Shown piece after piece: positions 37,020 through 49,430 of a stretch of DNA of 64,000 nucleotides. Where the stretch lies: contig JBNZDD010013604.1 of the NCBI GenBank assembly GCA_050575255.1, forward strand, positions 330,310 to 394,309. The letters are read 5' to 3'. The translations under genes were made by a program, and so were the position numbers. The stretch comes from Harriotta raleighana. Lineage: Eukaryota. The notes under the pieces were generated by a model, which worked only from the letters and a program-made list of their open reading frames with translations, was not told the origin of the DNA and made no database searches. Within the stretch, counting starts at the first letter, position 1. Each line of letters begins with the position of its first letter.

Positions 37020-38536
37020 GTCGACTTTTAAAGTTTGAGACAGGCACAAGCTGGTCTGAAACATTTGCCTCACTTTCCCTCAGCTGAATCATAATCACTG
37101 TGGTTGAATTTTTCACTCTTTATTTAGAATTTATTTATTTATTTAGAATTTATTCCCTCTCCCATCATGGTGACCCATTGGTGGTAAATGAAAGCATTGG
37201 CTTTGTTATCTAAGGACAAGGATTTTCCTGCTCTGGGCAGCCCCCAGCAATGGTGCATCCTGTTGGCAAACGATAATCTGCATAGTGCCTGTCGCTGATA
37301 GAGCCTGTAGTAACTTTGAATGTAATTCCAGCTGGACGGAAGCCAGTGTGAATTTTTGGATGTTTAACATGATCAAATCTCACCAGGGACTGCAGGGCAA
37401 CATCACTCAAGGATTTTGAAAGACATTTCTTTATGTGAATAGTTTCTGGATCATGAGGAGAATGCCTTGGCCTCCTGCTTGCTTATTACAGTGTTACACA
37501 GACTGATGGTCACTAAGAGTAGTTCTCTGACACATCTCACTTTGCACCAAACTTAAACTGAATAAAACAGAAAGAAAAAAAGAAGCAGCCAGCAGACATC
37601 TCTTAAAATACACAAAGCTGATGCATCACAGCACCAGTAGGGCTGCGCTCAACATTCCCCAGGATGACAACTAGCTGATCTCAACTGATGACAACAGAAG
37701 CGCTGCCAAGCAGACACTGGCTACTTCTGCACAGGAAGAAAAGGAAACTCACTGCGCTGGTTCAAGAACAGGACAAAGGTGGCCTTTAAACAAGCTGGCC
37801 ATTTGGCCTCACTCACCAAGAATGTGAATTGTACAATGAGACCGAACTAGAGGGAAGTAAACAAATTAAAAATAGAGGGTGAGTTTGGGTTGATAAATAT
37901 CTTTTTCTTCAGCTATGCGAGATGATGATCTGAAGCAGAAATCCAAAACCTTTCCAGACTGCAGGTAATTCAGGTAAATCATATTCCCAAAACAGGTTCT
38001 TCGAGGAAGGAGAGGCCGTTTCCTCTAGGCTTCAACTCCATTGCCGTATGAAAGTTGCTCCTTTTCTATCAACTGTGGACTTTTTCAGTCAAAGCCATCA
38101 CTGCTGTCTCCCACCTGAACTTTAATCCCAAATTTCATCAGTCTTGCACTTAATTTTGTCCCTTCATCATCCAAACCAATTTAGGCAATCTTGTGAGAGG
38201 TTCTTCCAATACAGCTGTGATTGTCTTGAAAGAGGAATGCAAGAGTAGCCCATTCATCCTTGGGTTTCGCATCCTTCTGGAGAAGTACACACTCAGTGCC
38301 TGAGGTTGAAACTCACTAGTTTAAAAGATCCCTGATGTAAATTTGTTGTGTTGTGAATTGGTGCTTCAGCAAAGGGCTCCTCATATTCATCAAATTATGC
38401 CCTGAATGTCAAGTTGATATGATTTTAAATCATTCATATTATCTATAATTTGAATTATATGCACTGTAGAGTTTAGGAAGCCGGTTGATTCAATTTGCAT
38501 TACTTTGTTTGCTAACTATACATATGGTGTACATGT

Positions 38537-38853
38537 GGAGTCCTGTAGCTCGGTGGTTAAAGCACTCATCTTACAAGCATGAGACCTGTGTTTGAATCCA
38601 GGCAGGTCATGGTGAAATCATGGGCAGGTTTCCTTACTCCACATCCTAATAATAATCCCTCTAAAAAAGAGCAAAAATAAAATTGATAATTTCATTCCGT
38701 GACTGTTTGTGGGACACTGCTGTGCGCAATTGGCTGCCACATTTCGCCCACAAATATAGAGTCAATTTACTTTACAGTATATTCTGTGATGCACTTTGAG
38801 ACATTTAGAAGATGTGAAAAGCGCTATATCAAATGCAAGGATTATTATTATTA
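38537..38853 (+). mobile_element. tRNA-derived SINE, short variant, full length (reference copy)
   Basis: ggagtcctgtagctcggtggttaaagc (A box), gtttgaatcc (B box), gactgtttgtgggacactgctgtgcgcaattggctgcc, L2-like tail and (TTA)n. Confidence 0.93.
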
Positions 38854-40318
38854 TGATGGTGGATGCTCATGGTTAGTGGAGCCCACAGTTAAGAGATGTG
38901 TGATGATGCTCACATCAAAGAATTCACCGTGATGATAATTATTGTGAAATAATTAATAATACCTTAGTAGGAACTAATCTAGTCACTGTATACTCTAATA
39001 ATATCACAGCTAAATTTGTTGAATAAACTTGCGAATTATACTGAATGTTAACTTCAAGAACTATCTGTATAAACAATCCTGCAGAGGGAGACAGAGTACA
39101 CAAAATGACTAATTTCTGCCCGACTAATGAACATCTGTCAAGTCTAACTGAGAAATTCCTTTATCTCAAAGATCTGAGTAATAGATTTCTCTATTGTAAA
39201 ATACGCAGCGAAATTTGCAACACATGTGTTGTTTATATTCACCAGTCATCTTGAATAGATCAGTAAAAAAAAGAACAAATGAAAAATCAAACATGCAGAG
39301 GATAAATCCTAGCTGCAAAAATGTACCTGATTGATACGTTTGGCACAACATCAGTGTGAATTTTCTTCACCCACTGACAGTAAAGCATATTGTCACTGAA
39401 GTGTGAAGGTCCTCCTGAGCTATCAGTACCACTACTAAATAATGCTGTGGACAAGGGATTTCTCAGTTGTCATTTAATAAAAGATAATAAAATGTGTATT
39501 TTTGTAAAATGACAGGTTGAAATCACCTGCCGAATTTGGCACATAAATGATACTGATCAATCTTGCATTTATAAGGAACGATTTTCACCAAAGTAGTGCG
39601 GAAAAGTCTTTTTTAAATGAAAACATTCACCCCACAGTTACTTGAATGGGATTCTTGCATTCACAAAGGATTCATTGTATTCCTGCTCCCATCTGCACAA
39701 TCACAGGCCTTAACTACTAACAGCTTCACTGGTACTAATGTGACACATTGAGCAATCAAATCAAACAGTATCGGAGTGTGTTTCTTTAACTTATTCTCTC
39801 CAAACCAGCACCACCTGCCTGCAGATTCTCTTTGCACCATGCGGTACATATGGTAGTGGATTAAAATCCACACAACCACAATTCTTCATTTTGATTGACT
39901 GTGTCTTTTATACCCAGTGATGCACTCTTATAGTCTCACTGCTATATGATCATTTCCTTGATGTATGTAACTACATTAAAGGAGATTTCAGAGACTGGAG
40001 AGTAAATGAAGCCTTTCAGTGATATTAATCAAACCAGACTCATTTGTTTAAATAATTTGAATTTATAGGGTTTTTCTGATTCAGATATAATTGTGTTTGC
40101 ACATGAGTTGCTTTTGTTGGTTGTTTCAGTATTATTATGCTTCATTGTCTGGTGTTGTGGGAAGAAATGAGGCTTGCTGAGGTAGAATTCTTAATTGAGT
40201 CAATACAGGCTAAATAACAAACCAAAGTCGTCATTCCTGGAACAGAATGATCACCCAAGTGCTGCACATTGGAGTCAGGGAATGAGGACAAGACTTTAAA
40301 TGGATAGAAAAAAGACTA

Positions 40319-40602
40319 GAAGCTCAAGTTGGGCATTAATGCATAAAATGCATTTGTACTTTCAGTATAAAGTATTCTCACTAGACATTGAGGTGTGAAA
40401 GAAAATATTTTGATGTGAGGCACCGTTACTTTTCATTAGCTGTAACACCCCCAACCTCATCTTAGGTTGCTTTGATACCATCACTAATGGATGAGCCACG
40501 TATGTCCAGGCTTAATTTAAGTTACGTGGTGGGGATGGACAATCTGATGTTGCCTGAAAGCATGATACAACATTGTATGCATTAATGCCCAACCTGAGCT
40601 TC
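40319..40602. mobile_element. 284-bp MITE-like element with about 30-bp terminal inverted repeats
   Basis: Left gaagctcaagttgggcattaatgcataaaatg; reverse complement of right gaagctcaggttgggcattaatgcatacaatg. Confidence 0.75.
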
Positions 40603-41879
40603 AATATCCTGGGGAGGGGGCTCCAGGTTCAGTGCCAGGCCAGTCCACAGCACTCACTTCATTAAACTTAATTGAGCCACTCTGGTGCAAATGCATCTTT
40701 TGTAACATAACTGGGATGGCCTTGAATGGGGGACCTCCATAATGTGGAAAAGTTTTAATTTTTTTCTACAATAAATCTATTCTTTTGTATATAAAAAAAA
40801 CTAGACAACATACTTAGAAAGGAAATTATTCTTTCTGGACTCTTCTTCCTGTTGAAGTGCATCATATCATGCACTCTCATTATTCATTTTTTGGATTCTC
40901 TGTTAAAAATGACTTTAAATAAGAAAGTAATAAAAATAGCAAAATTCCTACAAAGTCAGCAGCCAAAAGGTTAATGAGAAGTGGTCATATGTTAGCAAAT
41001 CTCAATGGCTTTGGACAAACTGTCTGTGCATTATAAACCGAACTGATCAAAATGACTAATAACTAGGTTATTGACTCTCTGTGAAGTCAGCTGAACCATA
41101 GGTGCTGTGGACTGACCCCAATGTTTCCAGACAGACCTCAATCCATTCAATGTCAATAACCTATTATTACATTTACACACATAAAATGTAAATCAATTGT
41201 CGCACAAACATATGTTGTGGTCTGTTTCTATGCCATGGGTTTTAGAGAATCAAGTTCAAACTTGATAGATTAATCGATGTCTAACTCAAATTTTTCCTAC
41301 TGTGAGTTTTAGAAATAGTTGCTTGACCTGTATCCATTTCAATTTGCAGTAACTTTAAACATTTTGGATTTATTCAGACTTTCCTTCTGAATATTGTTTG
41401 AAATGAAAGGAATATTTTCCGCTTTGACAGATTAAAAAGTTGCATGACACTTTCTTTCAGTCACACTGCTCTTACCCAAGGAATCAAAGTGTTCTCAAAG
41501 AATGTACTCACATAAGATGTTTAACTGTAATGTTTAACTTTTATTGACAAGTCCACAAAATGTCTGGTTGCTTGGAAATAACATATTTGTGCAAACACCT
41601 GACTTTTATTGTGATACCTGCAGTGCTGAATAGCATTGCATTTTGATTTCTACAGTGGACTTTTGATTTGATAGATTTGAAAAAGATCTGAATTAATTCT
41701 TTACATGTATTAATGAAAGATGCTGGTTATTTTCAAAGGTTTTTATAATCTCCCCCAATCAATTATCATACACTATGTGAAATTAATTGGTGTTCTTTGA
41801 TATGATTGAGGGGCTACTTCAATTATTTAAAGACTTGTGTATCAATTAAATGCCAATCACATTATGCCTGTACATTTTT

Positions 41880-42012
41880 AGGGGACTGGGTGGCACAGTT
41901 GGTTTCATCCTGTTGCCTTTGGGGCTTCATTCCAGTGGGGAATCATTTGGGGCTAAACAGCTCTCTCTCAAATGGCTGTAAGTGCTCTCAATGAAGTTAG
42001 TTTGACCAGTCC
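41880..42012 (+). mobile_element. LF-SINE-like 5' fragment, very degraded
   Basis: ggggactgggtggcacagttggt...tggctgtaag...tgaagttagtttgaccagtc resembles the recalled LF-SINE head. Confidence 0.4.
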
Positions 42013-42123
42013 TTTATACTATTTTCAGATCAATGTCAGACTGTCATAAATTACGTATTGCTATCACACAATTCTATACAATAAGAAAGGGTACAATACA
42101 GTCATTGCAAGTTTAGTTAAATA

Positions 42124-42184
42124 CAATAACAAAATTACATTTATAGAGCACCTTTCACTTCGGAAGCACGTCCCAAGGCGCTGA
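42124..42184 (-). mobile_element. L2 tail fragment
   Basis: aacaaaattacatttatagagcacctttcacttcggaagcacgtcccaaggcgctga. Confidence 0.75.
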
Positions 42185-42571
42185 TTCAAGCACATTCATT
42201 TACTTTGAAAAATATTATCTTACATTTTGAACTCATTACTTTTTAAAAAAAAAACTTCTATCCAGTGTTCATCTAAAGATGTTGGCTGTAATGACTCGAT
42301 CATTCTCTCTCTTTCTCTGCGGCCTGAGAGGTTGGAAATTATTAGGATTATAAACAGTTAGTCTCTCCACTCAAAAGCAGCAGTGATCAGAAAACCTCAC
42401 TGAGAATCTAGACTTCCTTTCGTTCATGTCATTGAATTCCATTGCAATTAGATTCTTCTTCCCAATTCTACCTGTGGCACTATCAGCTCTATTGAATGCC
42501 CAGTTTACCTTGTTAAGCTATCTAAAACCTTCAATCTTTGTGTTTATCCACATTCTTTCACATTGGGCAAG

Positions 42572-43103
42572 GCATCAACACAAAACTAGACTATGCACTT
42601 GCAAACATAACTACCAGAAAACTGATGTTTACATTAATTGGTCTTAACCGTTGATCTTGAATTGGTCTTGACAACATTGCTCTCTAACCACATGTGACTT
42701 CCTTTATTTGTGCATTAAGAAATGTTGGGCCTTGGATGCTTCTATTTAGTATCATGTTTGGTGTGCAGGTCGAGTTTAGTGAGTTATAGTGGTTTTCTTT
42801 GATACATAAGGGATGCATGCTGAAGAGAGATGACGTGTATGTGGTTTACGGAACAACAATTATGATTGTGCCTACAGGTATGACATCAAGACCAAACACA
42901 AAATGTTTTCAATTAAGATATTGTTCAAATAAGATTGTAATTGTGATTGGAAGTCAAGAAAATCAAGAAACATAGAGGTGAATTTTCAATGTTTTTTTAA
43001 CCTGATTTCTTAATTAAGAGCCTGAAGTAAATTTAGCATCAACACAAAACTGTAGAACATATACTTGCAAGCATAACCAGAAAACTTATGTTTACATAAT
43101 TGG
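42572..43103. repeat. Diverged direct repeat pair of about 70 bp (42572-42641 and 43036-43103)
   Basis: gcatcaacacaaaact...acttgcaa.cataac...cagaaaact.atgtttacat.aattgg is present in both. Confidence 0.8.
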
Positions 43104-45227
43104 AATGCTCTCCATCTCGATTCGTTTTGGGGTGGAGTTCTTGGAATGAGGGACTTGTGAGTCTTACTTTCAGATTTTTACTGAAGAAATACAGTAATGC
43201 AAAGTTAATCGCAACATCCTTCTCTCAAAAAAAATTCTTCCTTAAAACATGTAAATTCACAAGGAGAGCAAGGTGAAAAAAATCTATGCTTTTTACCTCA
43301 ATGGTATTTGCTGATGAATTAAAATTAATTAATTAATTGCACAAGTTGCAATTTAATTTTAGTTGTTTTAAAGCAGTCATGTGTCCAATAATTCAGTTAT
43401 TCCCAAGACTATAACCTATCTGAACATCATTAGCTCATTACATTGACTAGTTTGAGGTGCAAATGGAACAATGGCACAACAATTTTTTTTTGAGATTCCC
43501 GATGCAGGTTTTACTTGAGATATAAATACTCAATGTCCAGACTGCAAATATTGAATTGGACACTGGATCCCCACATTTTGCTCCAAAAGATTCACTGTTG
43601 CTATTAACGGTGAGGTAATTGTTCAGTAATTGTGGTGTGAATTCAGATATGTGCATTTTAATTATTTTTTACTAAAAGAGTTTTCACCATCTGCCACAAA
43701 AAAAACATTTTGTGCCATTAAAATCGTGTTGCTGGTCTATTCTTGTTCAGGTCAATTGAATACCTGATAATATTTCAGTAGTGTTTTCAATTCCACAGAG
43801 CTGTGTGTGCATGTTCTTTAACAATGTTGTTTTCTGTAAGTTAAGTCCTGGTGTTGGCTGCAAACAATAACGAAACTGATACTGAGTCCATCTGTCCACA
43901 CATCCATTTCTGGAATCAATAGCCTAGAGGCTGAGCTTTTATGACTAGGGTTATAACTTTGGCTGATCACTGAAGCGATTTTTTCATGCGTTTTTACATT
44001 GGGAAATCGATTATTTTTGTGATCTACGTAAAACAGTCCTCGGTGTATCCCAACATTCAGTCAACTCTTATTTAAACCTACTCATGTAATTGTTTCCTTC
44101 TTAGTACTGTACATTTACTAAACTGAAGAATGAACAAGTGTAACCTATTCCTATTCCTGGTAAACTTTCTGAAAAGGGAGATATAGCCCCCCTTGCCTCT
44201 TAAGTACTATCTAAAGCTTTGATTGTTCAGTCAAAAATATTAACCTTTTATAATTTCAATACAAAATAATTTTTGATTTATTACTATTCAAGTGGTAATA
44301 TTTGTATTTGGGTTTTTTTAAAACGTCTTTCTCCATCTTGTCTTATTTTCTCCTGTTTTGTTTTGACCACTGTAACTAAAGGAAGGGCAGGCGCTTAGTT
44401 TCCAGGCCAATGCTGGATGTCACTATGGGTGTTTGGGACTGAATACTCATGTGCATCAATCACTGAGGTTGTTCTCAACTTGTCATTTTCCTTCTAGAGT
44501 TCATCCGTACTCAGCATATCCATAGATTGAGGGGACTTCATGTGTGTAGGGGATAGAAAAGGGGAAAAGGGTTTCCAGGCTGTGAGCCTTTCAGTGGTAC
44601 AGTTCAATAGTGTATCAGTATTCCGTACTTGGGCCATATCACAGAGCATAAAATCTCCTGGCAGTTACATTGATAATGTCTCAGACAGATTGTCCCAGAT
44701 TCAGGTGCCAGGGCTGTTGGACACACATGGAATGAGTTTTCTCAGTGTATAGCTGGGCTGTAGAGCAGAACAATTCCACTTCAGGGTAAAATACTAAAGT
44801 TGTCTGATCACATAGCTCAAAGCAATTCTCATCAGCCATCAGTCATTTTAAGATTTCGATCATAGTTTGTTAAGAAACAGTGGTTTTTGTGCTGGATTAA
44901 TATTGACTCAATTGCACCACAGCTTTGTCTTGTTCACCATCAAACCAGAGAAACAACTGAGGTTGTATGGCAGGATTCTCCAGTGACTGAGCCTGCTAGG
45001 AAAATCTTTAAAGAAGCAGTGACTCCCCTTTAATATTCTTGTATTAACTTTTAAGTCAAATGAAAAATCCTATAACATACATAAAACTGTGTAATTTGCG
45101 AGATTTGCAAAAGCGAATCCTGTTGTATCACAGTCAACCCTCTGAACTCCACTTGCAGAATAATCTCAGTTTCAACTTCAACATAAAAACTTCATTGAGT
45201 GCTTTCACTTAAGACTAAAAGCAATTT

Positions 45228-45450
45228 ATACAATACAATACCAAATTACTTTTGTACAGTGCCTTTCACATTGGAAGGAAGCCCCAAGGTGCTTTATAGA
45301 GCCAGAGTGGAAATCCAAGCAAGGATGGAAGTAATGGGGAAGGAGAGAGCTGACCAAAGCAGGATCAAAATGGTAAAGAGAGATGGAGGCTTCGAGGCAG
45401 AGCGAGCTTTGAAAAGGAATTCCAGAGAGCATGGCCTCGTGACATGAAAA
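45228..45450 (-). mobile_element. L2 LINE 3' fragment
   Basis: tacaatacaataccaaattac...gcctttcacattggaaggaagccccaaggtgcttta tail; gaaaaggaattccagagagcatgg. Confidence 0.65.
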
Positions 45451-46033
45451 CTCAGGCATCAATAGTAAGCCTGAGTTCAAGAGGATCAGCCACAACACAT
45501 CCAGGATTTTCTATGTACAGAACATTTTGCAAATCTTGCAAAATTAGACTCTTGGAGGCTCACAGAGTTAAAAGACGGGTCGTTTTGGTCTCCACAGTGC
45601 AGAGTTCTTGAATGTCACTAATAATCAGAATAAGAAGGAAAATTGGAACGACAGTTACTCACAGGCTTCTTTTATGCATTTCCCAGTTTCAGAGTAGCAT
45701 TGGCAGGAGGTCATTTTCCTGTATTTTTGGCAAGAAATGATGCATAGCATTGAGCAGGGGAATAATAACTAATGTTCTTAAAATACAATTTTTCAGAGTT
45801 CCTGTGGCTTTACAGCAGTTCAGGCAGGATGTTATGCCCCAGTTTTCTTGCTTTCATCTTTCTTTCTCATTGTCAAGGTCCTTGAAAGAGAGGTTAAAAT
45901 TATATATAACTAGTGTTATTTAAAAGGCACGTTTTTGTAACCTAAATACTGTGGAATCCAAGTGACAGAGTAGTATAGTGTTTCCTGTTCTTTCTCGTTG
46001 ACCGTTTCACTTTCTTTTTTTCCTTCTCAACAG

Positions 46034-46093
46034 CAAGAATTAGAGGAGAACTTGATGGAGTATGAGGAAGATGATGATGTCAAAGTTGACAAG
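46034..46093 (+). CDS. MCTP1: Next internal coding exon (60 nt, phase 0/0) of the MCTP gene, acidic linker
   Basis: Long polypyrimidine tract (cacttttctttttttccttctcaacag|CAA), donor AAG|gtaatt. Translates QELEENLMEYEEDDDVKVDK, in frame with the previous exon. Matches the acidic stretch ending in DK that follows the first TM segment in MCTPs (recalled human MCTP1 VVEDMLEDEEEEDDKDDK). Confidence 0.85.
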
Positions 46094-49000
46094 GTAATTA
46101 TCTTTGGAGCACTTTTCCTTTCCCTCAGGTATTAGTGGCTGTTGTTTTTAGACCTGATGTGCTCCTGCAGACCAGAAAGAGTGAGTTGAAGAGTTTGAGT
46201 GGAGATAATTGGACAGAGCTGTTTATCATCCTAACAACTTGTTAGCGTGTACATTGGGAAAGGGGAATGCCAGCAATAAATCCTATTCTTTGGCCTGTGA
46301 CTGGGTCAGACATTTTTTTGGCGAATGTATGTGCGCGTACATCATGCAGTAAAAAGTAAATTGGCATGCCTTGCATATCATGACTTTGGTAAGATAACAG
46401 CTGTAAAAGGTTTCCGAAGGACAACTTGGATTGTGGCTGTGTTTCCTGGAATGACAAGAATACAAGGTTTATCTGATGTCTTCATTAGAGTGATGCCTTT
46501 CACTTCAGGGTGTAAAACAGCATTTATATTTTCAGCTCTGAATCGCTCTTGCCAGGCGATAAGTTCTGATAATATGCATCAAACGCTTCTGCAACTCTCT
46601 TTACATTAATGCCAAACACCAGTTACATTTTTAATGTTATTAAAGAGTCAAGGATGCTTTGGAATCTTGTAGGGTGAAACCATATTGCAACAGAATTTCA
46701 TCGTTGCAAATTTCCTAGAGCTGCTTATTGGAGCGAGGCTGAAGGTCAAATTAACATTCCTAAAATCAGATTTATGTTGTACTTTTTGTGACGATTCTTT
46801 ATGAATTTTTTTTGATTTAACACTGTATGTATTACAGGTCAACCCAGTTCTAAAGTGGTAGCTTGTGTCTATAAGCTTAGATCCCGGGTATAATGAGGCT
46901 GAAAATGGCCACCTGGTTGTCAGTTGCTGCTGACATCACTTCCTGCACATAACAAGCAATGCACAACACACGGGAAATTATGTCAATAGCACATGCTGAG
47001 TGTAGACGGCGTGCACGCTATACACAGGAAGCCAGCTCGTCAATGTCAGAAGTATATAGTCCACAATAAATCCAAGCTATAAGTAAAGCTGTGGTAACAT
47101 TGCTTGCTATAACAAGATTGGAACTTCACAAATGAATCAGCTATTAAACTTCAGATAAAAATCCGCTTGCCTTTCAAGGTGCATGTTAAAGAGCTCATGA
47201 CATTATCTGAAAAGTGAAGTAGACCATACAGAACTTTCTTTTCTTTGTTTCCTATTTACATCTTATTCGCCACATTTATGGTTATTTTCATAACATCCAC
47301 GTTAACCATAGTGTTTTAAAACTGGTTTTACTACTTGCAGAAAATCACAACCAGGGAATCTTATCTTTGATAACGTAAAGGGAAAATGTGTATGTAGTCA
47401 GTAGATTAAACTTGAGTCCAGTAATATATAAACACTATTATTCTTATGTAAGTTAATAATGAACTACAGTAACAAATAATTATATAAACTAGTGGAGAGG
47501 GGAGTCATCCTAAAGTGATAAAGTTCACTTACTCCTGTCTCTTATTTATTTCAATAATTATATACGGATTATATATTTCACACAGTTTGGGATTGAAAAT
47601 TTGCTCCTCAGGAAAATGGTAGTGTGGCTGCAGTGTGACTACTGGAAAATCCTTGTAATGTAAACTGTATCTATATAATACTTTCATTTGCAAAACCTCA
47701 GCTGAGAATTAAGATAACCTTGGAACCAACCAGCAAGTTGGTCTGATGTATAATGGTTCCTTGCTAGGGATGTAGTTTACACTGCTAGGGCCCTTTCAAG
47801 TGGCAAGGCTGGAACACCAGTAACATTCCCATTTTCCTGAGTTCTTTTCCAACCACGTAATTTAGATTTTTCTTCCAACATGCTTCAAATCCTTAAGCAC
47901 TCCGTGACACTATGTGTGAAGGACTCTATACAAATACAAGTTGTTGTTAAGATGTTGAGCACTCCTGTTCAAGAAATGTGTTCATTCTATTTCTCTAATA
48001 TGTAAGGAATGGGGTGGGATACCAACTACCATATTCTCCAGTTTCGGTGGAAAGTTAATATATTTGAACATTTTAAATCGGCTGTAATTGTGCCTCAAAT
48101 TGATATAATTAGATGGCAAGTTGTGGTGCATCTTCCTCAGCAGAAAGCTGTTCAGATGAGTCAGCCAGAAGTCGAACCTTTTGTATTGGCTGTTTTTTTT
48201 ACTCCCATCAAGTGCAGACGCTAGCTGTCTGATACTGCCACTTCAAGGTGATCTGGTCATTTGGATTGAGTTCATTAAAATCTGCAGTTATACTGTAAAG
48301 GTGGTGCTGGTTCAACACAAAACATTGCATCAAACTGATCTCATCTCCTGAGATTAACTGTCTTAAGGTTGTTGCAAATGTTGTCATTCAATGCATATTC
48401 TCAAGTAAATAACATTTCTATTACCAAGATATTTATTGTGCAGGGGTAGCAAGGTATTCATCTCCCTGTCTAAATTGTATTAAGGGAATAATGGGCAACG
48501 CAGCATGATTACAAAGAGTTCCAAAGTCAAACTATTTGTAATATTGTGCGAAGCTGATTATATTACAACCTATAAAACCTCCATGGTCTGTCATTTTATT
48601 TAGGATAAACCCTTGAGTCTCATGGGATATATTTTTGGTCCTTGTTTCGCCCAATAAAAATGTTTAGAGTGTGAACCAGGTGGTCCATTTAATGGAATAA
48701 TCTATTTTAATCACTAGAATTATGTCAAACAAATAATTTTGGCTGATTGCTGATCCATTGGAGTGCATTGAATATATGATATTTAAATAGCCACCAGTGG
48801 AAATTGTACATTGCAGCATCAGGTTGACTTCACAAGGTACCGTGAATGGTAGGCTGTAACTTTTTGTTCATGCTCGAATTAATCGTGTGAAATACCAAGT
48901 AGTCCCCGTTGGAACAGAAGGAATTATTGAAACTTCTGTGGCAGAGGTAATTTCTTCTGACCTTATTAGCACTCCCTGGCCAGTAGCTCCATAATGAAAT

Positions 49001-49119
49001 GGAAATTATACATTGCTGACATTCTATTCTCTTGAAAACCAGCGACATACATTAAAGCTCAAAACACTTGCACTAGAATGCAATCAAAAGTGCCCTTGGT
49101 TCTGAACTGCAGTGAGGAG

Positions 49120-49430
49120 AAAGCTCTGTTCTTCTACCCATCTCTTCCTTTCATCACACGCAAGAACATTGCTTGTTCTTCCCGTACCTCATCCTGCCAT
49201 CAGCGGTGAAGCCTTCAGCCAGTGTAGCCTCAATCTCTGTAACTCTCTCACCAAAACACTTTGCCATGCTGTTCTATCCTTTCTTCCAAAATCTTCAACA
49301 GAAACCATCTCTTTTTAATTGTGTCTTTGCTCCACTCACTGAAATGTTCTCTCCTTTCCTCCCAGATCAGTATTCCATATTAGTTTGTGAATTGCTTCAA
49401 CTTTCATCCTACCATAGAAGAGCAAGCTGT
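49120..49430 (+). mobile_element. L2 LINE 3' fragment, old
   Basis: ORF 49112..49318 reads ...PAISGEAFSQCSLNLCNSLTKTLCHA, the L2 'GxRAFS..P.LWNSLP..L' motif. Confidence 0.7.

Larger units (their letters stand above)
31258..46033 (+). other. GT-AG intron (about 14.8 kb) between the two MCTP exons
   Basis: Starts gtaaga, ends caacag, and joins the two exons in frame. No other MCTP-like exon was seen between them. Confidence 0.8.

Noticed and set aside
38537-38605. tRNA genes at SINE heads
   Set aside because: A and B boxes are present but run straight into SINE body, with no complete cloverleaf or terminator.
38699-38932. Recurrent small ORFs with TVCGTLLCAIGCH...KRYIKCKDYY (also 55495, 60843, 62686) as a peptide family
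   Set aside because: They are translations of the SINE consensus, with inconsistent frames, starts and stops.
43471-43719. Inverted pair aatggcacaa...ttgtgccatt
   Set aside because: The match is 10 bp plus poly-T/poly-A and does not extend convincingly.
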